DNA of 62,867 bases, counting the filler, from Aduncisulcus paluster (Eukaryota), in assembly GCA_024181965.1 (NCBI GenBank). It is 5 parts of 5 records of this genome, joined end to end, with 100 filler letters (N's around TTAATTAATTAA, not from the genome) between each part and the next. Parts side by side here need not be neighbours in the genome. Positions count along the whole stretch, not along the records: positions 1 to 19,007 come from BQXS01010850.1; 4 more parts are not named here. One strand, 5' to 3'. The position numbers and the translations under genes were made by a program. Below, in pieces: positions 1-11,942 of the stretch (the stretch's first letter is position 1; every line of letters begins with the position of its first letter). The notes under the pieces were generated by a model that searched no databases, was not told the DNA's origin, and was given only the letters and a program-made list of their open reading frames with translations.

Positions 1-3000
1 CCATATTTCCAGAAATCTGCCTCTTCCCATAAGACATGGAATCTATTTATATCCACAATGAGCAATGTTGTTGTAAATCTCATTGTAAAATCTTATCCCT
101 CCCCACAGAAGCTTATTATGGATATATTGACTTCCTTTGTTGTTGGATGTAATCCAAAAGAATGTCCTTCGCAGTTATTGAAGGGCAAAATACCTTGTGT
201 TATGCCATTTGGCCTTGTATTATTGCAGAATTTGAGGGAGCAGATCATGCTTCGCTATTTTATGAACAGAGATTTGGTGATGCCCTTTGAAATTGGGATG
301 TTTCTGGTCGATTCAGAATTGTATTTAGTTCCCACTGCTGATTATTCCCATCCTCCTCCATTTCCTTCTTCCTCTTCCTTCACAGACGTTGAGATCACAT
401 TTGTTTCATCTTTGAAAACTACAAAGATTCCTTCCCATATTACTGCTTCATGTCGATCTCTATCGAGGAGGTTTGACATGATCAATGAGGCCTGCGATAA
501 ATCTGAGCTGACATCATATCTTTTGAAAGACCTTATCAATGGAAAGTATCACATGGTCGCTTCATTTCTATCTGTCTATTTGACCATGATTGACCAGTCA
601 TTCATTTCAGCTGAGAAAGTCAAGAAAATTCTGAATGAGTTTATCGATCAACGATTTACAAAGAAATCACATCCTGTTGCTGAGCAGTATGTTATGAAGG
701 CTTTCTTTTCATACTCGTGTGAAAGAATGTTTGTTGATCCACTTATATGGGAAAAGAACATTACATCTTCAACATCTTCCATGTCTCGTCTCTGGGCTGA
801 TTATGACCATGAAGATGTTGACGACTGTGTGAAGTATCACTCTCTTGCTGGAGTTTTCACGACTCTTAATAGATTTCAGTATTATCAAATAGATCCTTTT
901 GAGTGTGCCAATGAATTGAACTCTTCGGCCAGTGATAAAGAGGATTTCTTTTCTAGAATGCAACATGTGGCTGAGTGTGATGTTCAAATCCATCAAACAG
1001 GGAAGAAATCGATCAAAAAGGTGAAACCGAAGCATTCAATTCCATTACTTTGTTCCCTTCTTTGTTTAGGATATAAACCCAAATTTGAGAAAGGTCGAAA
1101 GAATGGTATCCAGCCGAAATATTGTCCATACATTTCCTTGAACAAAAAAGAATACCATCGTCGACATGTTGATCATTTCTATTTGTCAGCCTTCTCTTCT
1201 TCTCGCCACTCTAATCCTCTAAAAGTCCCATACTACCAGATGCCACTGATGTACTCTCAGCTCCAAAAGTGTTCATCCCACGTTGCTCCTTGGTCTTGCC
1301 TTTGTTTTGTCATTCAACTCTATGTGGGACTTTTGTTTCTCAATTCTCGTCCTAATTTAGATTCTGATAAATCTGATCCGATGATTTTCCAATCTAATCG
1401 TGGTTTACATAGTGCTATTAATTCCAGTTTTGGTAGGGCCCAGACCCATTCCACATCCCTCAATGATGCTGCTCTCGTTGTGGCCTCGTCTTTCCTTCCC
1501 ATTGTGGACCACTATATAAGTTCGAGTGTTCTTGGCATTACTTTCAACAAGACATCGAATCCATTCATATTTCAAACATTACGACTGTGTTCTACAGTGT
1601 TGGATGTATTCCCATCCAACTTACTCCGTAGTCCAATTTCTCACACAATTCTATCAAAAATAGATGGATATTCTAGATTTTATGAGGAAAAAATGTTTAA
1701 TAAGATGCTCATTGTGCCATCGTTCATGTCTTGTGTCATTATGCACCAAGGTATTGAATCAGCTCAAAATCAATTTGCAAGGAGTTATGGGGGGCAAACC
1801 CAATCATTAGAGAGAATGAAGGACACATTGAGTTGTTTATTGACTCCTTCCTTCCTTTGGAGGATCATTAACCATCATATATTCCCAAAATTCATTGATA
1901 CGGCCTCTCAGAACTATTCTAATCCCTTGCATGAGGATGTAATTGCGTTTAAAACTTCAGTGTTATCATTTTTGATGCCAAGTGATATTTCTAAAGTTAT
2001 GTGGATTCTTGATCCACTATTTGCTCCCTATTCTGGTGCATCTATCCTTTTCCAAGAGTTGTTTATTAAGAAGCTCTATCCCCACCTCACACGAGAAAAT
2101 GGAAAGGTTATTGTTGATCGAATATCTGCTGGAATATGGGATCCTTATGTGTCCAATATGTTTTTGACACACTACCCTCAGATATTTGACATTGAAACGC
2201 TTTATTCCCTTGGAAAATCAGGTTTATTTGATCCATTTGTTATTCTTTCTGGAATGTTCTCGATCTATTCCATTTCTAAATGCACCACACTGTTAATGAA
2301 TGCAATAATTGTTTACTATTCCCCTACAAGAGCGGAAGTTCCCCTTTTCGATTGCTACGCTGTCCAATTATGGGAACAGATTGTGTGTTTTAAATTCCAC
2401 TTTGGCTATAAAAAATCCTACATTTCGGATGATTGTGCGATGCCTCTTCTTTTGTTGAGTTATCTACACCACTGGACAAGTCTGTCTGACAAGGAACCTG
2501 ATCAAATTATTGATCCTCTCATCCAGGATGAATGTAATTGGAATAATATGATTCCCCCGCATGTTATTGTTGCTCTCAGTTCACAAACCATGATAGAGAA
2601 GTCTCGAATCTTAGTTGTAAACCAATATTTGAGGTACATATTAACGAAAGCTGTCCTCTCCCAGGACATTAATGAAAATGATCTCATTTGCCTTGAATCT
2701 TTACTTATTTGGCAACAAACAAAGCCAAATGCAATACCATCAACCATGGCCAACCTGCAGAACAAGACCATTCGTATGATTCTATCTCTATTTCGAGATG
2801 GTGTTTCTCAAAATCCAGCCTCAGCAATGCACCATGAAGATTCTGTCAAATATGTCCGTTTCACTCGTAGGCTTTTGATGAATAGAATTCTAAGTATTTT
2901 CACTGACGAAAGCGAGATTTCTACTCGACTCGTAAAGACATGCATGACCCATCTGGTTCATTCCTGCACGTATGGAGTTTTGAGTGATATCAACCCCCAA

Positions 3001-6000
3001 TCCCAGAATTATTCAGAGCTGTCAAATTCTTTTCAATCCTTTGTTACCTCGAAGGTACCTGCCGTTGTTGTTTATGACACAATCGAAGATTTCAAGTCAA
3101 AACGTGACCTCTTTGAAATGTGGTTTTCTCTATATTTACTGTTTGTGTGTTGCCATACTGATGCAGGAAAACAGATATCTATTGAATCCACGGGAACAAA
3201 TCAACCATACTTGGCTTTGTTCGAACAAGAGAAATTCTTTTCTCTCTGGACTCATAATGTACTAGAATCCTCTTCTCTCTCTCAATCTGTAATTCTATTC
3301 CTTGACACGATTGAACGTAAATTCTTAGTATCCTCCCCATCAATACAAGTAAGAGAAGAGGGAGAAGATTCAGTATCCATCTCTCCTTTTGGAGCTCACT
3401 TATTTTCTGAGATATATGCCGATATTCTCTTCAAATCAGGTATCCATGGCCTTCAAAGTGCCAGTATTTTGTCCGTTATGTTCTCTGCTTTCCACGAACA
3501 TTTACAGATATATCCTGAATTCCTCAATATCTTCAACTCCGGTGGTATTATGGGATTTCTGATGGATAGCCAGTATTCTTCAATGCTCAAGGACCTTATT
3601 TGTGCTTACATGAGGATTGGAAGGACTCAGAAACGTTGTATGGGTTCTCCAAACAGTGAAGATTGGAGCAAATCAGATACTGGTGGATCTTGGGATGAAA
3701 TACACCACCATTTGATGAATCCTGTTCTCAACAAACTCTGGAGACACTTCCACACTTCGTTCATGCTTATTCATCGCTCTTCTAAATATATCACTACTAA
3801 TAATCCTCAATACTTCTCCTCTCCTCTCAATATGATGCTATGTTCCACTCGCCACTGTTTGATGATAGAACCAACAAATGGCTGTCAAAGGGAAATTCCT
3901 CTACTTTTCTTCAGGAATCTCCTTGATGTTGTTCTGTTCCAAACTATCCATAAAAAGTATAAATGCAATGTCTATGCCTCTGCGTCTTGGAATGTTCCCC
4001 TTTTCGATTGGAAGCATGCTGGAGGCTTCATTCACTTTGGACCTTTGTATTATATTATTACTATGTTTGTATTTCCCCTATTTTCTGGAAGAAAAAGGCG
4101 TATTATATCTGGAATCGATGAGCTTATGTATATTTGGTGGACTGGGAGATCGCTTATGTTTGAATCTGAGATGGCAAAGAGTGTGGAGAAAAGAATAGCG
4201 TATGATATGGCCAACATTGGAAATCCTCATCCAGATTCCCATGAAAATGAAGCAATTAGCGCCATCCACCCTGCCGATTCACTCTTGTTCGCCATTAGCA
4301 ATATTCGATCCATCCCTCAAATGGTTCCTCATATCTTCCTTTTCTGTTGTTCTATTAATAGAAATCAGATTGATGAAAAGTCCCTTATCATATTGAATTC
4401 TCTTGTTCCTCTCATGTTCACTCTTCCAAGAGAGCTTACCGCAGTAATCACCACTCTTTTGATAAGGTTTGAAACGGAATTGAAATCTTTCCCTTGGAAT
4501 TTTATCTCTCTTTTGCAAGAAACCAAGGCATTAATGGCCAAGAAAGAATTTTCAGGGGGGAAAATCCCGAAAGAACTGATATCTGAAGTAATTTTGGCCG
4601 TGAAGAAGAATATCAGTAGTTTATTGAAGGCATTTGGAAGCTCTTGGTCATTGTTCCCATCTCATTGCTGTTGTCAGTTTATTGCTTCGATGAACACAAA
4701 TACCTCATTTGATATTGTGACATTTGGCCAATATTTGATACTGATGATTTACAAGTTTGAAGAGAAATTCGATCAGTCGAAGCTTGATAATTCATATTAT
4801 ATATTAGATTTCCTTCGTAATCCATTATCTGCATATGGAAATTATACAAGAGGATGCCGAATACTTCCAACATTTGCTTCATATTCCCACTTTATTATTG
4901 ATAATTTTGAGGACACTCACCAGATTACTGTAAATATCGATGCCAAATTCTTTCCTCGATCTATTTATAGAAATATGGAGATCATTCGTGCCATTTACTG
5001 TCTATCCAAGCGTACTTTATTTGCTCCCGATTCAAAATTGAGTATTGTTGATCGCGATGGATCATATTTCCAATGTATTTATAATCCAGTGATTGAAAGA
5101 CGTCCTTTGTTTTCCGAGAATGAGAATATCTCTCCTGAATTATCTTATTTAAACCCTTTCTTCTTAATTATCGAAAATAATATGTCCACAATTGGATCTT
5201 CTGATTCTTCTTCTGGATCAGTCGAGGAATATATGTATTATATCAATACTCTTTTCAGAGGGAATGATATTCTGATCATCTCCCTTTCATTACTCATTGG
5301 TATCATACACTCATTCCAAACACCTGAGATCTTGAAAATAGTGAAAAGGGAAGGAATGATTGGAGCTCTCAATGCAAATAGACAGATTCGTGAACTTCTA
5401 CGCCTGTCTCTGAAGGTTATTCTTGATGAAAATCTGAAATATAAATATTCTGATTTATTTTGGAATAGTTCCGACAAGAGTTCGTTTGAAAATATTCTTC
5501 GATTGTTGTCAGATCCCGTCGTATGTTTTCTTTCTCGCCATGTATATGCTCTCATTGAAAAAGAAGACTTTACTAAATATTCCACTGGTCGTGGCATATT
5601 CATTGGCCGTCTGAAGTATTGTTTAAGATTTATTCATAACGTTGGCCTCTCAGAACATTCTTTCTCTCCTGTTCTCCGCTCCATCTGGAATGAATTTTTC
5701 AGATATTATTCCAAATACAATTTTATTTTAACAGATTGCAAGGATCCATCGATGCTTGTTCCCAATCTCTACCGATTCTATACCCTCGAACAGATGTTAA
5801 CCAACGAATCTTGTTGGAATTTCCTTGAAATGCTTTACTATTTCAATTTTCAGAAACATTGCATCCCTAAGCTTCAAGCTATCAAAGATAGGAAGAAAAT
5901 ATGGGATAAAGAATTAGTTTCTCAATTTGCCCTGATGCTTGATTGGTGTAAAGCAAGCAAAACCGATGAACTATTTTCCTTTTTGGAATCAGTGAAAGCA

Positions 6001-9000
6001 GATATTTCGAAAGGAATATACATGTGGAAACATTGTAAATTTGATCGCATTCCTTCATTCAAAGAGAGTGAAGATCTCTATGTGAAGTTCAGAGATAATA
6101 AGAAACAGTATCAAGGTGCTCTAAAACTATTCTTCGATATTGGTCTTTTCAGAATTTCAGAACTGAAAGATCCTCTGATTCAGACAAGGATCCACACTCT
6201 GAATAGTATTGTCACTTCTCTCACAGGTTCAAGCTTTGTTGATGATCCATTATGTGTCATTAAATTTGACAAGACAACTAACATGTATCTATTATTAGAC
6301 TCTTTGAGAAACTTTAGTAACTCCAATTCCAATCTCAACAGTTTGGTTTTCTTGAACGATCTTCACCGTTGTGGATCAAAAAAGTTGTTTTTCATCCAAT
6401 CATTTGTCAATGACACATGTCCTGTTGCTCTCGATTCTTTTGTGGATGACATTATGCAGGAATCCATTGACCAACCCTTTCCTTGGGAACGATTTGGAGA
6501 AGTTATCAAGGCTATTCCCGAAGAATTTAAGTTTGATAAGAAAACAGTTCATTTATCCACTCAAAATGTTCTTGATCTTATCTCATACTCTCGGCAAACA
6601 GATGCTGTCTTTCTGTGTGCCATGTACATGAAATGTATCCTATGGGAACTTTCTCATCTTATCAATGAGGGTCTTTGTCATTCTCCTGCCGATGTTTCAG
6701 AAGATAATCATGATCCAGATTATTTCATTTCAACCTCGTTTAAAACTATCATTAGTTCAGTCAATTTTTTCCAATCATTTGAAGGTTCTGTGGCTGAGTA
6801 TTATGGTAAGAAATTAAATATTTTTAATTCTCAAGTGAAACACATAGTTCAGAATATCCTCACAAGACATCTTAATGATCCCAATTATCTGCTTTCGATG
6901 GTCCAACTCTGGAGTGGTAATTTCAAACAATGCACAGATTCAATCGTTTCTATTGGATGTCAGATCCCTTACATATCCCTCATGAAATGTTTCTCCTTGA
7001 ATTTTCATGGATATGCCGCTCTCAAATTCTGCCTTGAACACACATTGCTCAGAGTTTTCAATGGAGATTCCTCAACTTCTTTGCAAGAAAGGAACATGTT
7101 GTGCGATCTCAATCGAGAAAAGGAGTATATTTCAAGAGAATATGGATTTGATGTATGGAGAGTGATCTTTGAAAGTTCAACTATTCCTCATGTCGTGGAG
7201 AGACTTAGTGCTGAAATTGCGAAAGTTCAGGAACCCATAGAGAAATATGTGCTTATAGAGAAATTAGGATACATGTACCCGTTCATTTCCAACATAAATG
7301 ATGTTTCCAATAGACCGATTGTTGATTTTCTCTTGTTTTGTAAGTGTTGGAAGTATGTTGCTCACATGTATAGAGATGCCACAATTGAAAATCTCTTCAC
7401 ATTGATAATAGTTGAAAAAGACCGTAAGCATGAAAGCGATGAGGCTAAATCCAACAATCCACAACAAATCCAAGAACAAATCGATTCTGTTGACACCGTT
7501 CATGCCAAACTCAGTTCTGATTTCCCTTATTTGTCTCGATATGGATCTCTTAGTATTTTTATTGCTCTTGCGATCCAGCATAACCTCACCATCCCATCTG
7601 CTCTGTCTGATTATCTCCTCCCTCAGTTCCCCCTCTCCTCTTTCTCCCTTCCTGATGCATCCTTTGCCTTCCTTAACACCTTTTCCTTCCCTTTTAATTC
7701 GCTCCCCTTTATTTCAGCCGTCTTCTCATCCCATCCTTCTTTGTCTACAATGTATCGAGTTGAAGTGTACCTCTCCGGAGTCTTCATCATTCCCTTAAAC
7801 TGGTCCATTGTAAAGAGGATCCTACATTACACACACCAGAAACCTCTCAAGGGTCCCATTGAATGTATTCCATCTGAAGGACAAAGTGCTATCTCCCAAA
7901 GACAAGGTATCATCATTCACTCGTTGAATGAGGCAAAAACTAGATCTTCGAAACAATACTTGAAGAAAGGGTCAGGGTGGGCGACAAAAAAGCGTCGTGG
8001 AGAAGATAAAAGAGACGAGTTTGTTAAGTCTAATCCCTTTCAGAAAAAAGGGCCAACGTATTACTCTCCAAATATTATCCCTGCGCAAAGACTAGTGTCA
8101 AGGTTCTTTTTGCTGCATGCCTTACAAGAGAAAAATATTCTATGTGTTTTTTCCTCAAAAGCTTACTTTTGGAAGAATTATGTGTCTTCCTTTTCCTTAG
8201 CTCCTGCCTCCGATTCGAAATCCAGTGAAATCATGCCCTCACCCTTGTCTTCATCTGTTGATTCTGAGAACCCTGAGAACACACAGGACAGAGGAGAAAG
8301 TGAAGAAATGGTCAAAGTTCAAATTCGTTTTAGATCAATATTTTCGCATATTCCATCAATAATCCACAATCTCCCAGAATCTCAAGCCCAGATCCACCTT
8401 CCGTTTCCTCTTTATGAATATCCTGAAGAAATGGTATCAAAATATCCTGAAGCTCTTCCGACTGGTAGCAAACCGATACCATGCGTTCTCTGCGTTTCTC
8501 CAGTTGGAGCTCTTGCGACGATTAGGCATTCTTCAACCTCTTATTCTCCTCTTGATATCTTTGTGAGTATACTGAACAACTTCATGGTTCCAAGGGAGGA
8601 TCTTGCAATTTCCAGAGCCATGTTATCTGATCCAATTCGCTCCTCATCTTGCCGTTCAAGAAGAAGCCTCTACCCCGATGCTGTAATGATACGAAAGCCT
8701 CTTGTGGCGATATCTCTCACCGATATTCACCCACAACTCAAACTATATTCCCTTCTCACGCCCGCCTTTGTTAGATCCATTGAGGTAGGAGAACGTATCT
8801 TTAGACACATTCCCTCACGGCTTTCATCAAGAGTTAAATTCGAGGATTGCCTCGATCTAGGTATCCTGCGAGCCATCAAGACACGAAACAAAATTCACAG
8901 CTCGGTTTCATTTGAGGGGATGATTGCTCAGGATGCTGGTGGAGTGTTCAGAGAGTTTGTTGGTCGTGTTATTGAAGGGGGATTATCTAGGATTTGTGAG

Positions 9001-9927
9001 GAAAATTGCGGGGTTTTCACTTTCATTGATGATAATTCAAGAAGTTGTACATATCCGCTTAATGATCGACTGACAATTGCTTTTACGATGGGTGTATACA
9101 CAGCTGTGACTTGGAAAATGTCACACAAATTCTCCTTCCCAATGTGCTCATTTCTTGTCATGTCTTTAAGATATATGCTCCGGGCTATAACGTTCTGTGA
9201 ACACAAAAGGCTGAAAGATTTTAAATTCTTGGAGCACATTAAAAATTTGGATCCACCCACCAAGATTGTGCATGATTTCGTTGAATTCGCTCCATATTCT
9301 TTCGATCCGTCATGCAAAGGAATGGCTCACTTTGTTCGATCCCATCAAGAAGCAAAACAAATGGGAATGGAATGGCCAGATTCGCTACGTCAAAATAACA
9401 CTGATCACATTACTCCAATTTCGACAGAAATCGAAGATATGCACGATTATAAGACTTTTATTATGTATAATTTGTGCCGCAAAATATTAAAAGCTCCCAA
9501 AACAATCTGTGCGTTTGCATTAGGATTCGCCACTTCCCTGCCTATTTCATCTGCCTTCTTGGATATTCCAAATCCGAAGTTTATTCTTGCACTGAAACCC
9601 TCCATTGAAGTTCTGAGAGCAGATATTATAAGACTTGTAAGAAATCCAAACAGGGTTCCATTGATGGAAATGTTTGAAGATCATGTGTTTACTCTCACTC
9701 TTGAGAAAGCTATTGAATTTGTTGAAAAATTCTTCAGATTTGGTTCTTCTGCACCTCGAATGAAATTGACCATTGATGATAAACTCCAGGAACACCACAA
9801 ACTTCCCACAGCCTCGACATGCAGTGGTTATATTCATGTTCACCCGGATTGGGATCCAAAAACAATGTTCGAAAAGTTCCAAAGTGTCTTCAAATTAGGG
9901 GCTCATATCACCTTTGGATTTGTTTGA
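1..9927 (+). CDS. Giant HECT-type E3 ubiquitin ligase (>=3289 aa; probably 5'-partial)
   Basis: C-terminal HECT motifs: VSFEGMIAQDAGGVFREF, catalytic LPTASTC and terminal TFGFV*. The frame is open from base 1 to the ATG at 58, so the true start may lie outside the window. No domain recognised in the N-terminal ~2900 aa. Confidence 0.85.
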   Translation, partial: PYFQKSASSHKTWNLFISTMSNVVVNLIVKSYPSPQKLIMDILTSFVVGCNPKECPSQLLKGKIPCVMPFGLVLLQNLREQIMLRYFMNRDLVMPFEIGMFLVDSELYLVPTADYSHPPPFPSSSSFTDVEITFVSSLKTTKIPSHITASCRSLSRRFDMINEACDKSELTSYLLKDLINGKYHMVASFLSVYLTMIDQSFISAEKVKKILNEFIDQRFTKKSHPVAEQYVMKAFFSYSCERMFVDPLIWEKNITSSTSSMSRLWADYDHEDVDDCVKYHSLAGVFTTLNRFQYYQIDPFECANELNSSASDKEDFFSRMQHVAECDVQIHQTGKKSIKKVKPKHSIPLLCSLLCLGYKPKFEKGRKNGIQPKYCPYISLNKKEYHRRHVDHFYLSAFSSSRHSNPLKVPYYQMPLMYSQLQKCSSHVAPWSCLCFVIQLYVGLLFLNSRPNLDSDKSDPMIFQSNRGLHSAINSSFGRAQTHSTSLNDAALVVASSFLPIVDHYISSSVLGITFNKTSNPFIFQTLRLCSTVLDVFPSNLLRSPISHTILSKIDGYSRFYEEKMFNKMLIVPSFMSCVIMHQGIESAQNQFARSYGGQTQSLERMKDTLSCLLTPSFLWRIINHHIFPKFIDTASQNYSNPLHEDVIAFKTSVLSFLMPSDISKVMWILDPLFAPYSGASILFQELFIKKLYPHLTRENGKVIVDRISAGIWDPYVSNMFLTHYPQIFDIETLYSLGKSGLFDPFVILSGMFSIYSISKCTTLLMNAIIVYYSPTRAEVPLFDCYAVQLWEQIVCFKFHFGYKKSYISDDCAMPLLLLSYLHHWTSLSDKEPDQIIDPLIQDECNWNNMIPPHVIVALSSQTMIEKSRILVVNQYLRYILTKAVLSQDINENDLICLESLLIWQQTKPNAIPSTMANLQNKTIRMILSLFRDGVSQNPASAMHHEDSVKYVRFTRRLLMNRILSIFTDESEISTRLVKTCMTHLVHSCTYGVLSDINPQSQNYSELSNSFQSFVTSKVPAVVVYDTIEDFKSKRDLFEMWFSLYLLFVCCHTDAGKQISIESTGTNQPYLALFEQEKFFSLWTHNVLESSSLSQSVILFLDTIERKFLVSSPSIQVREEGEDSVSISPFGAHLFSEIYADILFKSGIHGLQSASILSVMFSAFHEHLQIYPEFLNIFNSGGIMGFLMDSQYSSMLKDLICAYMRIGRTQKRCMGSPNSEDWSKSDTGGSWDEIHHHLMNPVLNKLWRHFHTSFMLIHRSSKYITTNNPQYFSSPLNMMLCSTRHCLMIEPTNGCQREIPLLFFRNLLDVVLFQTIHKKYKCNVYASASWNVPLFDWKHAGGFIHFGPLYYIITMFVFPLFSGRKRRIISGIDELMYIWWTGRSLMFESEMAKSVEKRIAYDMANIGNPHPDSHENEAISAIHPADSLLFAISNIRSIPQMVPHIFLFCCSINRNQIDEKSLIILNSLVPLMFTLPRELTAVITTLLIRFETELKSFPWNFISLLQETKALMAKKEFSGGKIPKELISEVILAVKKNISSLLKAFGSSWSLFPSHCCCQFIASMNTNTSFDIVTFGQYLILMIYKFEEKFDQSKLDNSYYILDFLRNPLSAYGNYTRGCRILPTFASYSHFIIDNFEDTHQITVNIDAKFFPRSIYRNMEIIRAIYCLSKRTLFAPDSKLSIVDRDGSYFQCIYNPVIERRPLFSENENISPELSYLNPFFLIIENNMSTIGSSDSSSGSVEEYMYYINTLFRGNDILIISLSLLIGIIHSFQTPEILKIVKREGMIGALNANRQIRELLRLSLKVILDENLKYKYSDLFWNSSDKSSFENILRLLSDPVVCFLSRHVYALIEKEDFTKYSTGRGIFIGRLKYCLRFIHNVGLSEHSFSPVLRSIWNEFFRYYSKYNFILTDCKDPSMLVPNLYRFYTLEQMLTNESCWNFLEMLYYFNFQKHCIPKLQAIKDRKKIWDKELVSQFALMLDWCKASKTDELFSFLESVKADISKGIYMWKHCKFDRIPSFKESEDLYVKFRDNKKQYQGALKLFFDIGLFRISELKDPLIQTRIHTLNSIVTSLTGSSFVDDPLCVIKFDKTTNMYLLLDSLRNFSNSNSNLNSLVFLNDLHRCGSKKLFFIQSFVNDTCPVALDSFVDDIMQESIDQPFPWERFGEVIKAIPEEFKFDKKTVHLSTQNVLDLISYSRQTDAVFLCAMYMKCILWELSHLINEGLCHSPADVSEDNHDPDYFISTSFKTIISSVNFFQSFEGSVAEYYGKKLNIFNSQVKHIVQNILTRHLNDPNYLLSMVQLWSGNFKQCTDSIVSIGCQIPYISLMKCFSLNFHGYAALKFCLEHTLLRVFNGDSSTSLQERNMLCDLNREKEYISREYGFDVWRVIFESSTIPHVVERLSAEIAKVQEPIEKYVLIEKLGYMYPFISNINDVSNRPIVDFLLFCKCWKYVAHMYRDATIENLFTLIIVEKDRKHESDEAKSNNPQQIQEQIDSVDTVHAKLSSDFPYLSRYGSLSIFIALAIQHNLTIPSALSDYLLPQFPLSSFSLPDASFAFLNTFSFPFNSLPFISAVFSSHPSLSTMYRVEVYLSGVFIIPLNWSIVKRILHYTHQKPLKGPIECIPSEGQSAISQRQGIIIHSLNEAKTRSSKQYLKKGSGWATKKRRGEDKRDEFVKSNPFQKKGPTYYSPNIIPAQRLVSRFFLLHALQEKNILCVFSSKAYFWKNYVSSFSLAPASDSKSSEIMPSPLSSSVDSENPENTQDRGESEEMVKVQIRFRSIFSHIPSIIHNLPESQAQIHLPFPLYEYPEEMVSKYPEALPTGSKPIPCVLCVSPVGALATIRHSSTSYSPLDIFVSILNNFMVPREDLAISRAMLSDPIRSSSCRSRRSLYPDAVMIRKPLVAISLTDIHPQLKLYSLLTPAFVRSIEVGERIFRHIPSRLSSRVKFEDCLDLGILRAIKTRNKIHSSVSFEGMIAQDAGGVFREFVGRVIEGGLSRICEENCGVFTFIDDNSRSCTYPLNDRLTIAFTMGVYTAVTWKMSHKFSFPMCSFLVMSLRYMLRAITFCEHKRLKDFKFLEHIKNLDPPTKIVHDFVEFAPYSFDPSCKGMAHFVRSHQEAKQMGMEWPDSLRQNNTDHITPISTEIEDMHDYKTFIMYNLCRKILKAPKTICAFALGFATSLPISSAFLDIPNPKFILALKPSIEVLRADIIRLVRNPNRVPLMEMFEDHVFTLTLEKAIEFVEKFFRFGSSAPRMKLTIDDKLQEHHKLPTASTCSGYIHVHPDWDPKTMFEKFQSVFKLGAHITFGFV

Positions 9928-10186
9928 TCAGATCTTAATATTATAGTAATAACAATATTCTTTTGTAAATCCTATTGTTTCCAGCGAAATGCCGGCTGAA
10001 TCCCGACTTTTTAAGCTAGTGAGAATGAATCATCGAATAAATTTATTACTCGCATTATTTTATTCCTTGAAAATATTTCTCTGAAGGATATGTGTTCAAT
10101 ATTCACCATAGAGATCATACTATGACTCTTATAGTACTTCGCAAGCTCCATATTCAAATCACTTTGTTTGAACGCTTGAAATTGTA

Positions 10187-11887
10187 ATGTCTGAGATAAC
10201 TGACGTTATTAAAATCCTTCAACAGGAACAATCAGATGAAGTATGTTCTTTTTTGTTTTATTACGTTTTTAGTCTTGATCTTTATTTATGCATTTTCTTA
10301 ATATGAATGTAGGTGATAAAAGAAGCAATTAAAATATTATCTTGGTGCACTGGATCACTTGAAAAGGTTCAAGAATTGCGTAGATGCAATATTTTGTCCA
10401 TTATCTCTCCATTTGTTTCCAGGACTTCAGTTGCGACAGAAGTATTAGAATGTATCGATATTCTTACCTCTTCAGATGATATTATTCTCAAACAATCGTA
10501 TGGAAGAGGATTGCTCGAGAAACCTGAGATACAAAGCCTTCCCGTCTTTACCATCATCAATCATTTATTAGTCAATTTAAAAGCTGGTTTTATTGTTGCC
10601 AAGAAATCTGCCACTCCCTGTGAAGAAGGCGATCTTCTCTCTGGTGCCCAATTTCTTCCTGTAAAGCTTTCTGGATCAGCCATTGTCTGTGCTGGAATTC
10701 TTGCCAATATTGCAACCGATAAATTAGGCGCAATGGCTATTGTAGACTGCTGTAAACATATGGAGGTCCCAAAGAAAAAGAGCAAAAGTAGTCCCTCAAA
10801 AAAGAAAGGTAAAAACTCCAAGAAATCCGCTCCCACCGTGCACAATTTCAGTGATGAATGTAATAGTGTTGTTTGTGAGTTATTACAACATCTCATCTTG
10901 TTTATTTGGCGTGGTAGAGATTCTGAAGTGTGTTTCCCTCTCTGTCGTTTATTGCAAAACCTCTCTACCCATATTGAGGTTCAAAATATCCTCATTTCCC
11001 ATTCCATTTCTCCTCTTATTGCCCCATATATCCCTCCATTCCTTCATAAAAGGGCTTTGATTGGTTTGGTTGCCCTAAGTGTTCTTGCCAAAGTGATTGG
11101 TGCTTTGAAGATGACCATGGTTGGCAAAGATGGAATGTTATACAAAGAAGAAGATCGTGAGGCATTTGTTAACATGAATCTTGGAGTAATTAGGAACTGC
11201 TGTTTCCAGTTCACAGATGATGTCGATTCGTTACCACTTTTGATGCCTATTTCTGATAGAGCTGTGAAACACTCCTGTTCTTCAGATCTTACCGTCATTG
11301 AAGAGAAGGATGTCCTCCGTCTCCTTGTTCACGATATCTATCTCCCTCCTTCTCCTTCTCGGAAGAAGAAATATTCACATCTCAAAGTATACCCTCTCAA
11401 TCTCTCTGCTTTGATAGCTATCCTTATTCCACCAAACACTCCAACATCTACTGACTCGTCAAAGGTCGGTTCAGGCATAGGTATCAAGCGTTTAAGGGAG
11501 CACGAGGTCGCCTTGGTTCCAGGTTGGACTCGTGTCCTCTTTTCTGCTGGATCTGATCATTCTTGGGAACCCAATGGAACGAACAGAATTATGTTGGCAC
11601 AAATACTCCATATGCTAATGTTGACGCCCGCAGCAAAGCAGGTTTGTGCCGATTTTGGATATTATTATATTCTTCGTAGTTATCACGCGTATATATGTGA
11701 TGTTCTGGAACTCGAAGCAAAAGAGGAAGGGAAGGAAGACGGCGAAGAAGTGCAAGTGGCCTTAGAAATTATCGAAAGAATATTGGAAATGCAAGAAAAG
11801 CTAAGATCTGAAAGAGAAAAGGAAATGGAGGAGGCTAAAATAGAAGAAGAGGGAATAGAAGAGTTAGATTTCGATGAATTGGACTGA
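10187..11887 (+). CDS. HGH1: HGH1/FAM203-like eEF2 chaperone, 2 exons (10187-10240, 10313-11887)
   Basis: Motifs GVIRNCCF and IMLAQILHMLMLT..YYILRSYH plus an acidic tail match HGH1. Exon 1 (MSEITDVIKILQQEQSDE) joins in phase 0 through a GTATGT..TAG intron. Confidence 0.75.
10241..10312 (+). other. Spliceosomal intron (72 nt, phase 0)
   Basis: GTATGT donor, T-rich body, TAG acceptor; removal links ATG 10187 to ORF 10313 in frame. Confidence 0.85.
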
Positions 11888-11942
11888 AAAATACAACACC
11901 TTTTTCTCGAATAAATGAAATGACCGTTCATTCAATTTTTTA

